A stretch of 64,000 nt of DNA from Octopus vulgaris (taxonomy: Eukaryota): NCBI GenBank assembly GCA_951406725.2, contig OX597817.1, positions 123,442,001 to 123,506,000 on the forward strand, in the 5' to 3' direction. The translations under genes were made by a program, and so were the position numbers. Shown piece by piece: positions 26,690-40,436 of the stretch. Under the pieces are notes generated by a model. The model was not told where the DNA came from. It worked only from the letters and a program-made list of their open reading frames with translations, and searched no databases. Position 1 is the first letter of the stretch. Every line of letters starts with the position of its first letter.

Positions 26690-26975
26690 GCATCAAAAAA
26701 GTTCCCCTCCCAGGCACAAGTCTGGGCAAATTTGTTTATGGAAGACCACCAGTCGCCCATGCATAACAGCCCACCTTTTCCACACCACTGATGTTATTCA
26801 AGGGGAAAGTAAAGACTGAAACAGCTAGGCACCAGTGATGTCGCGACTCATTTCCACAGCTGAGAGAACTGGAGCAACGTTAAATAGAGTCTTATTCAGG
26901 AACACAACACACGGTCCTGTCCAGGAATCGAATTCACTGTCTTATGATTGTTAGCCCGGCGCTCTAACAACCGAA
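26690..26975 (-). mobile_element. tRNA-derived SINE family D
   Basis: Minus strand GTTGTTAGAGCGCCGGGC...GAATTCGATTCCTGG (B-box)...GTGTTGTGTTCCTGAATAAGACTCT...CTCAGCTGTGGAAATGAG. Confidence 0.65.
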
Positions 26976-29069
26976 GCAATAAAATAATATAGTGTTCATC
27001 ATCAATACCAGAGTTGCTGACAAAGAAAAAGAATTCTTGTATCAAAAGCCACAATGACGGATAACATGAACAGGAAACTTATGTGTAGTTTTGACTTCTA
27101 CACGGCCTAGACAATGACTGTCATCAAGATTATGCCAAGACACTGATATGAACAGTCTTTAACTAAAAAGTAAAATGAGTGTAGCAAGGGCTCATGATGG
27201 CCCAAGTACTGATAAATAAAGCGATATTAGAACTTTCTACTTGAAATCAGTGTTAAAATATTCGTTTGCTCAAATCTTTTAAGATGTAACAGCATTGTTC
27301 AGGTTGAACTTCACAAATTTACCAGGTTGACTTTGAAATGAGGCAATGCAACCAAATCGGGGAACACTGACAATAAAATGGTGGGAACTGTAAATGAATT
27401 ACAAAGAGTTCTTAATCTTTTCTAATATGAACTCTGACATATGATCACAATTGAACAGATAATACAATTATAGTTTCCCTCTTTCTTTTTCTCTCTCCTT
27501 CCTCTCTCTCTCTCTTTCCACTTTTCTCTCTCTCCTTCCTTTTCTTTTTCTTTCCCACTATCTCTCCTTCCTTCTCTTCCCTCGTCTCTTTCTCTTTCTC
27601 TTTCCCTGTCACGACAATCGCATTTGCGTGCCTGGCTAGAAGGAACCTTTCTGGTTTAGAGATGTTACTGATACCTCTTCTGAAAAAGTGAGCCTCTGTT
27701 TCAGACCTACTTGCATATGTGTATGTATATAGGGGGTCAACAAAGGTCAATACACGCGGTATGCTAGAATTAAAGGACTAACACAAAAGAAATATAACCG
27801 ATGGATTAGGGCGAACCTAAAAAAAAACGAATTCACTTCGAATAATACATGCAGTAAGCTAGTTTCTACGTACTAAATTAGAATATTCAAGAGAAAAAAA
27901 AAGTGAACATTAAAACTACTTCAACCAAATGAAATCTCTTGGCAGAATAACAAATACCCGTACACTTGAAATGAAATATAGAATTTGTAGGCTTGGTTAA
28001 TTATTTAACTCCCATCCCACAAGCAGCAAGACATTCAACTACGAGAAGTTTCGAATTTTATTAAAAACAAATATTACGTGCAGTTAACAAAGAATATAAA
28101 TATTCAACAGAAATAGTTATTCCTCAGACAAATTTCACAAAAGCCACAAGTACATTTAGCACTAAACACGCATGCAATACAAAAATTTGAGCTAAAACAA
28201 AACAATTTGAATAGAGCAATCCAGAGACTGAATTCTTAACACGACTATATAAACTTTATTGCAAGAAACAACAGAACCACACTTGGCTCTAAAGATACGT
28301 CAACTAAAAGGGTGTACTTAAAAACAGACAATTGTGAATCAGGACCAACTGATCTCATTCAGTGGAATCTTTGAGAAATGCATTTAGCTCAGTCTTGTGT
28401 CGCACCTTGAATTGTGTATGAAATGGGTAAACAGAAACGGTGTAAAAAAAAACTCCATCTTACAGTGTCTATGGAATACTCAGCCACATTGCACGCTAAT
28501 TCAATGAGCAGGTTTCCCGTTGGTACATCGAAATTCGTGCCAGAGTCGATTACAGCGATTTATTTTATTCGATGCTTTAAAAAAAAATTGAATTCATATA
28601 TCATCTATTGTCGACTATTCGTTAAGCTTTAATTTAATTATATTTCATTTATTTCAAATTTTGAAAAATATATTATTTATTTTATTTCTGTCTTCTCTAT
28701 CCTTCGACTGAAAACTGCAGTTGGCATTTAATTTATTTGTTGTTTATGTATAGTATTGTTATACGTGGAAATCTAAAAGTACTTCACATTCGTTCTCATA
28801 TAACCCCAAAGCAAATCTGCGATTTTAGACGCACTTCATTCAACGTAATGTCACTTTCTATTGTCCTGTCGAAATGTTTTCGAGCAATTCATGAATGCAT
28901 TGTTTTCTTTTTACTTTTTTTCTTTTTTAACTTTTCCAAAGATATATGATAACATTTTATATTTGTCATCTTTGAGAAGAAAAACTTATCCCATAAGTGG
29001 TTTGATTCTTGCGCTTGTAGATTATTTCTAGTGGTAGCGCGATCGCAATGACTCGAGTCCCAGGTGCTG

Positions 29070-29265
29070 TGGTAGCAGCAGCACCGGCGGCGGTAGTAGT
29101 AGTAGTAGTAGTAGTGGTATTGGTAGTGGTAGTAGTGGTGGTGGTGGTGGAGGTAGTAATAGTCGTAGTCGTCGTCGTCGTCGTCGTAGTAGTAGTAGTA
29201 GTAGTAGTAGTAGTAACGTCAGCATCAGTAGCAGCTGTAGCAATAGCAGTGGCCAAAACAGCAAC
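29070..29265. repeat. Compound (GTA)n/(GTG)n/(GTC)n/(GCA)n trinucleotide microsatellite
   Basis: Direct reading of the sequence. Confidence 0.9.
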
Positions 29266-31019
29266 AGAAAAGAACAATAAAAGAAGTTGTGTCAACAAAG
29301 ACATAAAAAGGATTAAGGGGAAGTTACTGTTGTAATTTGTTTCACATTGAAATAACATCAACAACCACGAGAGCAGCATCTACAAATAACAACCCAAATT
29401 TTCCTCAAACTATACCCTATGAACTTTTTTATAAAGAGAATACTTGATAATCGAGCCTAGAGTCTGAGATATGTTGTACTTGAAAAAGTAGCAAATTGTC
29501 AAACTCCTTAGAGCGCCGGAATGCTATAAGCCGAAGATAACTTCACCCTTCATTCTATCGGGGATGAAAAATAATATACCAGCCAAACACTGATGTTCAA
29601 TTCACTTCTCTCTTTCTCCACTGTCAACTTGCCTGCCTGTCTGCCAGTCGATCTCTCATTCTCTCTAAAAATGACTACATGAAGCAGTTAAGACAGAAAC
29701 GATCACACCACGGTCTCGCCTGCAGACCCAACGAGCAAACAAGCACTGTATCAGAAAAAAAGAGCGTATTTGATAACAGATCAGCTTGATCGGGGCAGGA
29801 CTTAATGTAAAAAAATAGCAACAACTATTACGAAATGAAACCACTTCCAACTTTCTGACTTAGAAAAAAAACCTTCCGTTTAAACCAAAACGTTGCAATC
29901 ACATTTTATTCATAGAGTTAATAAGCGAAATGTGTTAATCAACGTTTCTGGTGTACTTTCTTGTAGTTTTCATTTTCTTTTAATTACACTTTCGGAATAA
30001 TTTTGCAGTAATTCAGGTTCTAATTTGTACCATCTTTTCTGAACAGCAACAAATAAAAATTTTGCTGCTTTTAAAGGTTCTTGAATTCGGTTTTGACATT
30101 ATGATTTGCCATAAATTCATGTCTGGCAAATGTCCAGACAATAATGAAGACTCCTTTTAATTTTCTTTGCGATACGTTTTGACCGATTTGGTTACAATGA
30201 GTAGGAGCACTATGACGTTGACATATTGCCAATCTAGTTGGCGTAAAGAGTTCTTATAATAAAAGAAAACGATTGTTGTGAATTTATTTAATATTTTACA
30301 TTCAGTGCTGAGAAAGAGAGGTTCAACACTTTAACTGTTAACATACTTTTACACAGTTATGTTCATCACCAATAAACGTTCAGTTCTGTTGTAGAAACAT
30401 CTTCCCTGAATTCTTTTGGTTTCCTCAAACATTTTAAAATTAAGTATAGTAAGTAATTGGCACTTGGATACGATAATAAAGTGAATTGATCAAAACACAT
30501 TGTTTAAAAATAAAAATACCAAGGATAATGAGTAATAGCTAGGAAAGCCTAGATCCTGATTAATGCTTGAAACATGCTTTGATGCTCAGCAGATGTTTAT
30601 CTCCGTATATTAATACTGTGAATATTCTGTAAACATTCCATAATTTATTTACAATTTAATTAACAGAATATTTGGTTTCTTTTATCGAAGATGTTTTGAG
30701 ATTCTACGTTAGAATCAAATTTACTCATAAGCATGTGCACTCAGTTCAACATTGAAATGTTAGGTATTTTTCTTTTTTCAGAAATACTAAAAATATTCTC
30801 ACAGGAAAATTCTTGAAACTTTATTCTCTACAGATAAAAAAGAGCAGCTAAGAAATTCCTTACGATTAAAATCTAAACATGAAATAAATAAGTGCATTTT
30901 TTTTCTGTCAAACCCTATCAATTGATATTAAATCATTTAAAACTTTAAGAAAAGGACATAAAAATTATTGGAAACAAATTTTAGATAACATGAATTTTTT
31001 ACGTTGGATTAATTAGTAT

Positions 31020-32780
31020 TAAAGGTTTGAGCCTATAATCTCCGCAGTTACACCGATAGAGATAAATTCGAAGAAGCTAAAGTTCCTCTGGAATAGTTGC
31101 AAGTATTAGGCTGCAGGAAAAATATGTGTAAGGAGGAAAGTCTTGTGAGATTACATGGGGAAGATGATTAGGCATAGAGGTTAGCACGGAGCCTAAGGGA
31201 AACAATATACGTGATAACTGAGTGAGTCTAAAGTGCGTGAATAGAGATAGCATGAGACAATCCAACTTCGAGGAGCTATCTTAGCAATAACAGTAGTAAA
31301 AGACAGACATATACAGACATCCGTAGTTCAGGCGTTAGAGAGTGTTAGAGAGTGCCTTCACACCAACTAATCAAGCGGCATTTCTTTGGATTGAGACATG
31401 GCATCTGTGTGCATAACGACCGCATCGTCCTTAGAGCAGTACTCTATTGTGTGTTTCACAAAAGATTTGTAGAGAGAGATCTTGAAAGATAAAGTATTTT
31501 CTGTTTCTGAAGTAGTCTTATTAACGATGAGAATGATCTTCAATGATAGTGAAGCCTAGCTCTAATGCTGCTTTGCGTGTTCTAGTGTTGTGCTATTCAT
31601 ATTTAGGGCGATGATGTTTCTTTGATAAGGGTAGTAAATACGTTTTGTGCTTTTAAAGAAGAGGCGATAAACAAGCCCACGCTGGAGGATGCTAAGGAAA
31701 TCTCTGTTAAAGTTATTTGTACAGACTTAATACAGCTTGGTTTTAGATGAGACGGAAAATTAACGAGAAAGGAAGATGGCATTATCCTCATTGAACTGAT
31801 GCAAGTATGTTATTGATCTTTAAGTGAAAGGTGCGGTGAGAAAACACAACCCTGAAGTCTGCTAGAGTTGTTAATGTATGAGCCTCAGAGAGTTTCATTA
31901 ACACACTTTGTGAAGGTGTAATCTGACAGAAAACCACTGACGATAGACAGATGGAGCTCATTGGCGAACAGTTTGCCCAACAACATTGCTTTCATTAAAT
32001 TCTTGATAATGAACGATCAATGGTGAATAACGTAGATGAGTACATCTCCGGTAGCTCTAGCTTTACGAAAACCGTACTCGTGATCACTGAAGAGAGGTGA
32101 GAAAAGGTTTTTGTTAATGTTTATCTTCATTATCATTGAAGTATTCGAAGTGTGACAGGACTGTAATTGGCAAGATTCGTGAGTGTGGCATTCTTGGAAG
32201 TAAGATGCGCTTTACTCTGCTTTCAGAGAACAGGATATATCTCAAGAGAGAGATAGGGGGAAGAAGGTTAAGAAAGGATAGAGTGAGAGAGAGATAAAAA
32301 GAGAAATTAATGAGTTTACGGTGGAGTGTTTTAGCTATTTTAGCACTAGCCATGTATATCATAAGGTAGTGGAACTAGAAAAGTATAAAATATTCGTTTA
32401 GAAGATTTCTTTACTATGTAAGGTGTAGTGCTGGATACAAAACAAGCAGAAAATGTGAAGCATTTCCCTGTGGTGGCTCGGTAGGCGCGTAAAAACAATT
32501 GTTGGGCACCTATAGCTGCAGAAGACGGTATTGGTTTAACAGAAGTTAGATTTTTTGGGAGAGATATCGACCAAGGACATTTATAGTGTATCCGAGAAAA
32601 TGAAAGTTAAAAATGAAACTACCTAGAGATCGCTTGATCGAAAGTCTGCTGGATGACTTTAGGCAGAATGATCTTGGAATAAACAACAAGTAACATTGCG
32701 ATAGACTTGCGAACTTTTTACAGTTTTTCTCTATAGATTTTTGCTTTAACAAGTCATTATTGTAGGTGTATAAGGAAGTA
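31020..32780 (-). mobile_element. Decayed LINE (CR1/Jockey group) RT relic
   Basis: Minus strand LFSDHEYGFRKARATGDVL (~32040-32095) and LQGCVFSP (~31830-31858) match RT QYGFR and PQGSxLSP motifs; many stops. Confidence 0.7.
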
Positions 32781-34033
32781 AAGAGGACAACTATCGCAGA
32801 CAGTTTAAATTACCCTATTTATTGTAATTTAGTATCGTATATATATATACATTTATATATATATATATGTATATATATATTTATTTATTTATATATTCTG
32901 AATTCCTATCGTACCTGACGTGGGTGTACTTCTTATCAAAGTCTGGAGGTGATAAAATAAGTTCCAGTTAAATGCTATTGCTAATTGAAATTTCCAGTGT
33001 GAGAAATTATGATAAGTAATACATATAATAGTGTTTCAGAATTTAAAGAAAATAATGATTGTCATCTTGTTTCACTAAATTCAAATTCTCAATTTTTGAG
33101 AAAAGGAAGGAAAATTATATAATGCCTACGTCTTTTCCAAAGTTATTAGTGGCATAATTGAAGTGAATTTGTCTCTGTTGGGAAATAAAACTAGCTGTTG
33201 GGCTCAACACAATAAGAGCATGCGTTTTTATTATGTTTTCTGTTATAGCAATCGCGTGAATAATCGATAATATTTATGTTTCAATATATTCATATTTATT
33301 TATGGTTAAATACAGAATAGTACTGCTTAGTAAAATATTTTCACTCGCCAGAGAATACAAACGAATATTTTATATTTAAACTCACCTACCACGATGTCGT
33401 CAAAAATGTATCTTTACACTTAAATTATTCTCAGACTAATCTGCCTTAGAGTTTAAAGTTTCTCCATTTATCAGATTTTCCGTAGGGTATTGACCGTTTA
33501 ATGTGTTTTATTTCGATCACTGTGGAAGAAATCTCCAACTAATAGAGAAAGAAAAATCGATTTCAGCAACAACTTTTATTTACTTTTACATTATTACTAT
33601 GATATTAGTTCTTCTTAATTTCTCTTCCATGCTGTGCTGCATATAGAACCTTCTTTGGACGGTTTCAGAAGCATATCAGCTTTTCTGCAGCCGGCCGTCG
33701 CCCAGCATATATTCCTTTCTAGAGAAATGGACGTGGAACGTATTCTCCTATAAGCTTCACATAGCACAACGCAGTCAATTTCGAGAGAGAGATGAGAGAC
33801 AGAAGAATCGATGTCAATATTTGATTGTTTACGTTATCACTCCATAATAAGGAAATGCAAAGCTAACCTTGGCGGGATTTGAACAAGGAGAGGCGGGACA
33901 GATACTGCGATGTATTTTACCCATGGCTCTAACAACTCTGCCAATTTGCCACCTACAATATATTATCTAGTTAAATGTAGCACTATGGACTCAACAGATA
34001 ATCATATAAATATACAAAAACGGTTCGGGATCA

Positions 34034-34241
34034 AGGCGGTGAGCTGGCAGAAACGGTAGCACGCCGGGCGAAATACTGTCGTTACGTTCTGAGTTCAAAT
34101 TCCACCGAGGTCGACTTTGCCTTTCATCCTTGACCGGGTCGATAAATTAAGTACCAGTTACGCACTGGGGTCAATGTAATCGACTTAATCCCTTTGTCTG
34201 TCCCCTCTATATTTAGCCCCTTGTGGGCAATAAAGAAATAA
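34034..34241 (+). mobile_element. SINE family A
   Basis: Closely similar to the 6645 copy; degenerate TSD AAACGGTTCGGGAT / AAACAGCTCAGGAT. Confidence 0.9.
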
Positions 34242-34661
34242 GAAACAGCTCAGGATTTAACTAGAGCTGCGTAAAGCTTAAAAGAAACTTTACTTCAGTG
34301 AAATATTTCCCCAATTGCTGGCTATGACGTGATTATCCTTTAAGACTGAAACACCGAACCCATCTAGGCGGAGTTCTTAATATAGCATAAAGTTTTAGTG
34401 ATTTCAGTTTTGGAATATAATACCGAGGCATCACACAGAAGCATTTTATTCGATTTTAGGTTTTGCAGTACTTCACCTGGAACTTATTTTATCTACTCAG
34501 AATATGGAATGGCAAAGTACGCCTGAGAGAAAAAGGGACCAAATACCACAATATATTTTTGTTTGATTCTTCCATCTCTGACAAAATGATTAGTAGTCTT
34601 TAGGTTTACTTTCTAATTTCTTTCATGTTATAAATAAAGCTCTTATAAATACCAAGCGGGA

Positions 34662-34804
<143 letters not shown>

Positions 34805-35995
34805 CACTGAGTGTATAGCACCTGAAAATGGGATGAGAATTAAACAAAGAAAATTTTCGAGCTGATTCTAATATTAATGGCAAAACAATTGGTGCATCAT
34901 CAGGTAATATGATTTTTCTGTCTCAAGTTCCTCCCAATACATTGGCTTAACCCTTTCTTTTTTCTCCAATAGACAAAAATAAAATGATCGATATTGACAG
35001 TCTCTCAAAATAATGGGATCCATATCGTCCACTAAAATCATTTCAGGCAGAGAAATTCAAGAATAAAGGTGTAAATCTGAATTATAAGACTGTTTTATCT
35101 TTTTTCAATAGAAAGAAAATAACTACAAAGGATATTGTAAATCATTAAAGCGTAGGATTAATAAATATATATATCAATTAGAAATATGTTTATTTCATTC
35201 AGTCCGACTTTGCTTTTCGTCCTTCCGTAGTCGATAAAAAATAATAACCAGACAAGTACTGGGGTCGATATAATCGACAGGGACCCACCCCCTTTCTCAA
35301 AACAGTTTTGACCTTCTGCCTATGCTAGAAATCGATATTTGAAGACAAACATAATTATATCATCATGGCACCACTTATTGCTAACTATATGTAACATCAT
35401 ACAAATAATTGATTAGATGTGATTTTTTTCTTTTAATTTCTTTGTTCACATCAATGTTAATGTTTGGTGCATATACACTCGTATCGATAGGTTTCACAAA
35501 GTTTTTGTTCTTGCTCAATAGAGTTACGTCAATTGTTATATGAACAAAAGAGGACCTGGGGTTTCCATTATTAGGAAAGATCCGGAATCTTTAAATGTTG
35601 GTGGTAGCCTCCGTCAGCTAAAGTAACTTCAAAGACAATGAGTATAAGTTTGCTGTGAAGTGTGAAAGATTAATATTTCGGATAATCTGTCCTTCTCTAC
35701 AGTGAAGGAAAACAAATAAACGTCTTGACACTAAAGCATAAAAGTGCTGTCATTCGTATGTTCACTCCAAGTGCTAAGTTTTTCGATGCTTTTCTCCCCT
35801 CACTCTTCTCCGTCTCACCAAAGATGGACAGATATCTAAAACATCAGATTTTTATTTTTCTCTGTAGATCAACACGCTGCAATTTATTTTTATCTACGAA
35901 CTTTTATTGTGCCAACAGAAGTAAAGCGTTCACTTCCGTTCTATATGTAAGTTGTTCAAACTTTCTTTTAGAGAAAAGTATGAAAGTGACAATAT

Positions 35996-36190
35996 TGGTT
36001 TCAAATTTAGAAACAAGGCCAGCAAATTCAAGGAACAGGATAAGTCAATTACATGGACCCCAGTGTTCACTGGTACTCATTTTACCGACCATGGATGAAA
36101 AGGATGAAAAGTAAAGTCGACCTTGGCAGAATTTGAACTCAGAATGTAAAGACCGACGAAATGCCACTAAGCATTTTGCCTAGCTGGATG
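35996..36190 (-). mobile_element. SINE family A
   Basis: GGATGAAAAGTAAAGTCGACCTTGGCAGAATTTGAACTCAGAA is the reverse complement of the family A centre and B-box. Confidence 0.85.
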
Positions 36191-37179
36191 CTACACCTAG
36201 TCCAAAAGTAATTAATATGGTTCATAAACTGAATGTACATCAAAGAAATGAACTAATGGATATGCTTCTACATAGTCGCTCGGCTTGCAGGAAAATTGCA
36301 AAATTATACCAACTGTTTAAAAATTTAAGACATTTTATGTAGTTTTAGTTACAGCATGTAAAAAAGATGAGATGACCATTGTTGAAGTGCTGGTGCATTG
36401 AAGAAAATCTCAATCATGGCTTATGCCACAACAAAAATAAAACGTGATGGCAACTAAAAGCAATGGAATCCACTCTAATTAAAGAGTATTTCAATATCAG
36501 ACATATTTGAAGTCAAATCTTTCATTGATCCTAGACAATGCAACATGGTGCGTAGGATAACTTTAATCGAGATTATATTCTGTATCAATTACGGTTAAAT
36601 ATTGAACTAATGTTTAACCAACAAACAAAAGCTAAAATGGCGTTTCAAAATAATGTTTATGTAAGCATGTGTGTGTGAGAGAGTGAGAGAAAGAGAGAAA
36701 GAGAAAGAAAGAGAGAAAGAAAGAAAGAAAGAAAGAGAGGAGAAAGAAAGAGAGGAAAGAGAGAGTGTAGGACTAACTAAAGTAGGAAGTAAACCAATGT
36801 AAAATTTCAAAAGCTAACAAGCTTTGTGTTTAAACCCAGCGCATGTTGGGTGGGGAAAGGTGAAGTCAACCCCAAGAACAAGTGTGAATAAAAGCAGAAT
36901 TTCTGCAGGCCTATCATACCAGTTAATTATGATGGGGATGCTGAGAACCGTTGCTATATTACTCTCTTTCTTTACCTAAAGTTTGAAAAAGTTTGAATGC
37001 GTTCAATCTGGTTGGCATGCATTAGATGCTTATGAAGACGTCTGTCGACCGCTCTCAAGTATGATTTAGTATCAGTATGTAACAGGTTTTGGTTAATGAT
37101 TAAAAGTGCAGCTGTATTCTAGAGCAGTCAAAGACAATCTTTTATCCATCCTATAGTAGTACGTCAGAATGTCACAGCT

Positions 37180-37227
<48 letters not shown>

Positions 37228-38923
37228 CAACACAAGTACTTCAAAGTTATGTTACTCATCAACACCGAAGGAATGAAAAGCAAAGATAACCTTCACATGA
37301 TTTGACCTTAGAGAATAATTGTGTTGGAATAATTGAGTTTATCCAATAATATTACGACTCTACTTATTCGCTATCTTATGCATAAGATACACATAAAATA
37401 CACAGCATGAGAACGTATAATTTATAGGATTCCACAACACTTGTGCCACCTGTGCACGGACGCAATCATAGAGAATTGAAAAGGCAAAGTTGATCTCTGA
37501 GGATTTTGAACTCAGAGAGCTGGAACAATTACTACAAAACGTTTTATCCGTTGCTATTACGACTCAGTCTATTTGCTATAGTATGCATAAGATACACTGC
37601 ATGGAAACATACGATTTATTGGATTCCACACCACTTGCGCACAGACATAATCATAAGGTATTAAATATTTTGAATACCATAATAGCTACCTAAGTTTACC
37701 AAATTGGCTGTTTCAAGTATTTTTTTATAGGCGATATACATGTTTCGCTTTCAATTTAAAATGATCACTTGTTATTCCAAAACTAAATTCCTGGAGAATT
37801 CTCCCATTTGACAGGAGAAAAAAAAAATTGAAAACATTGTCAAGAAGATAAATCCTAGCTTGTCAATGATAAAAGGAATAAATACAAACTTTTATACAGA
37901 TAACTTAAGTAAAATCTTATTTGGAAGTTCGTGTAATGTAAAAATAAAATAAAATTGCAGATAATTTACATTATAAAGTTTCTGTGACTTGTCGCAATCC
38001 AGAGTTTAGTACACTAAAAGCAAATAAAATATACAATAATTTCACTTACCACCAGAAAAGAAAGTGCATATTTGCTGGAATATGTAAATGATGTTCTCAG
38101 TAAGACCATTAGCAGTCAAAAGAAAAGAAAGTGAATTACTCTTTGTATTTCATTTAATTCCCTATATTACGTTCACTTTCACTATTGCGGTTTGTCCGAA
38201 TATATGTTATTATTTCTGTTTGTCGATGTGTTTGTGTGTGTGTGCGTGTGTATGCGCACAGACATATATAAATACATGCATACACATGCACAAATATATA
38301 TATATATATATTATGTATGTGTGAATGTGCGTGTGTCTATTGAAATAGATATGTACGTATACACTCAATATATATACATACATATATACATAAATGTGGT
38401 TGCATAAGTACACATATGTGTGTATGATGTATGTACGTACATGCATCATTAATACACGATGGTATTTATTTCGATGATAGCCTGGAGAAAGAATTTGGAA
38501 TATCAAAATATCACCAACTGACTACATTGAAAAATGTGTTTGAGTAAGCATAAATATGTCAGACAAAGACAGAAAGAAAAAAATTGGTTTAATATACCAG
38601 AAGATTATGCGCCAGGCAACTATGAGCAACTGTATACTATTTGCCTTCACGTGGTCACCCGACATACTAGAAATAGCAGCAAAGTCTTCGTGAAACCACA
38701 CTAACATCTGAAACATGTGACACATGGAACGATGTAGTTCTAGTCATGAATATGGCGGGATAGTCATGGCTGGAATTCTTTTGACCTTAGTCGTGCTCGA
38801 AAAGAGTTGACTTCTGGCGAAAAATAACATAATTTAGGATTAAACTCATTTTGCCATTGTTTTTACATTTCACGTTTTACTTATTTGGCAATGACATTCG
38901 ATCCTTCTTGAGGTTACATATAT

Positions 38924-39337
38924 TCTCTTTTACTCTTTACTCATTTACTTGTTTCAGTCATTTGACTGCGGCCATGCTGGAGCACCGCCTTTAATCGAGC
39001 AACTCGACCCCGGGACTTATTCTTTTGTAAGCACAGTACTTATTCTATCGGTCTCATTTGCTGAACCGCTAAGTAACGGGGACATAAACACACAAGCATC
39101 GGTTGTCAAGCAATGCTAGAGGACATACACAGACACAGAAACACACACACGCATATATATATATATATATATATACATATATACGACGGGCTTCTTTCAG
39201 TTTCCGTCTACCAAATCCACTCACAAGGCTTCGGTCGGCCCGAGGCTATAGTAGAAGACACTTGCCCAAGGTGCCACGCAGTGGGACTGAACCCGGAACC
39301 ATGTGGTTGGTAGACAAGCTACTTACCACACAGCCAC
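38924..39337 (-). mobile_element. SINE family B (CORE-like), young copy
   Basis: Highly similar to 43465-43868. Confidence 0.92.
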
Positions 39338-39409
39338 AAGCAGACCTAGATTTGAATATGATCCAGTCGTTGCCATTCCACAATATTTAATACCTAGAAA
39401 TAATCTGTC

Positions 39410-39815
39410 CAATTTTCAACAAATTTTCAAAAATTTTGATGAAGATTTTCAGGGAAATTTTCAATGAAAATTTTCCAAAAACTTTCCAAAATTTTGATGA
39501 AAAATTTTCAAAAATTTATCAAAAATCTCGATGAAAATTTTCAAAATTTCCCAAAATTTTTTGGGAAAATTTTCAAAAAAATTTTTTTTTAATTTTTCAA
39601 AAATTTTGGGAAGAATTTTCAAGAATTTTTAAGGAAAATTTTCAAAAATTTCTGGGAAAAATCTTCAAAAATTTTTGAGGAAAACTTTTGAAAATTTTTG
39701 GGGAAAATCAAAAAAAATTTTCGAGGAAAATTTTCATAAAATTTTTCAAAAATCTTTGGGAAAAATCTTAAAACATTTTTTAGGAAAATTTTCAAAACTT
39801 TTTGGGCAAAATCTT
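39410..39815. repeat. A-tract/T-tract minisatellite (AAAATTTTC / AAATTTTTGGG units)
   Basis: About 400 bp of ~9-11-bp alternating A4T4 units. Confidence 0.85.
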
Positions 39816-40370
39816 CTCTGTGTTTAGCTCCTTGTTGGTAGTAAAGAAATAGATATTCGTAAGGTGGCAACGCGAGTTCAAATCACTGCTATAGTGGCTT
39901 AATAATTGAAGAACTTTAGTTAGATGCAGCATCAAGAATGTCTTCTTGTATTTTATAGCGTCTCTCTCCCTTTAGCGACAAAATTCTGCTGACTTCCAAT
40001 TTTTATTTCATCTTTCCGGTGGTATATAACGTAAATTACTTTTGTAATTTTGGGGCAACAACTCATCGACTATTCCATTGCCCTTAAAATGTGTTACCTT
40101 TCACCAATTGAAGAAACCATTATTAGTTGATTCATCTGCTAACATAGATTGAAACACGTTTTTGTTTAATATATTTTACACGTTTTACAACAAAATTTGA
40201 TGAAATAGTTCGTACGTGCCGAAGAGTAATTTGAAATTCAACTTTAAGCATTTTTCTTCATACAACGCACAAATTACGCGTTCGCACACACACACACACA
40301 CACGCACTAGCAAATACATACTCAACTTGTACACACACATACACACAAGTGTTTATACTTATATAAATAA

Positions 40371-40409
<39 letters not shown>

Positions 40410-40436
40410 CGTGTGTGTGTGCGTATAAATATATGT

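Noticed and set aside
25020-28400. Faint RT-like traces (also ~9560-10010)
   Set aside because: Probably very old LINE debris, but no motif is clear enough to define strand or limits.
28966-29379. Mucin-like poly-Thr ORF with hydrophobic N-terminus
   Set aside because: Explained by a compound trinucleotide microsatellite open in several frames; no splice or homology support.
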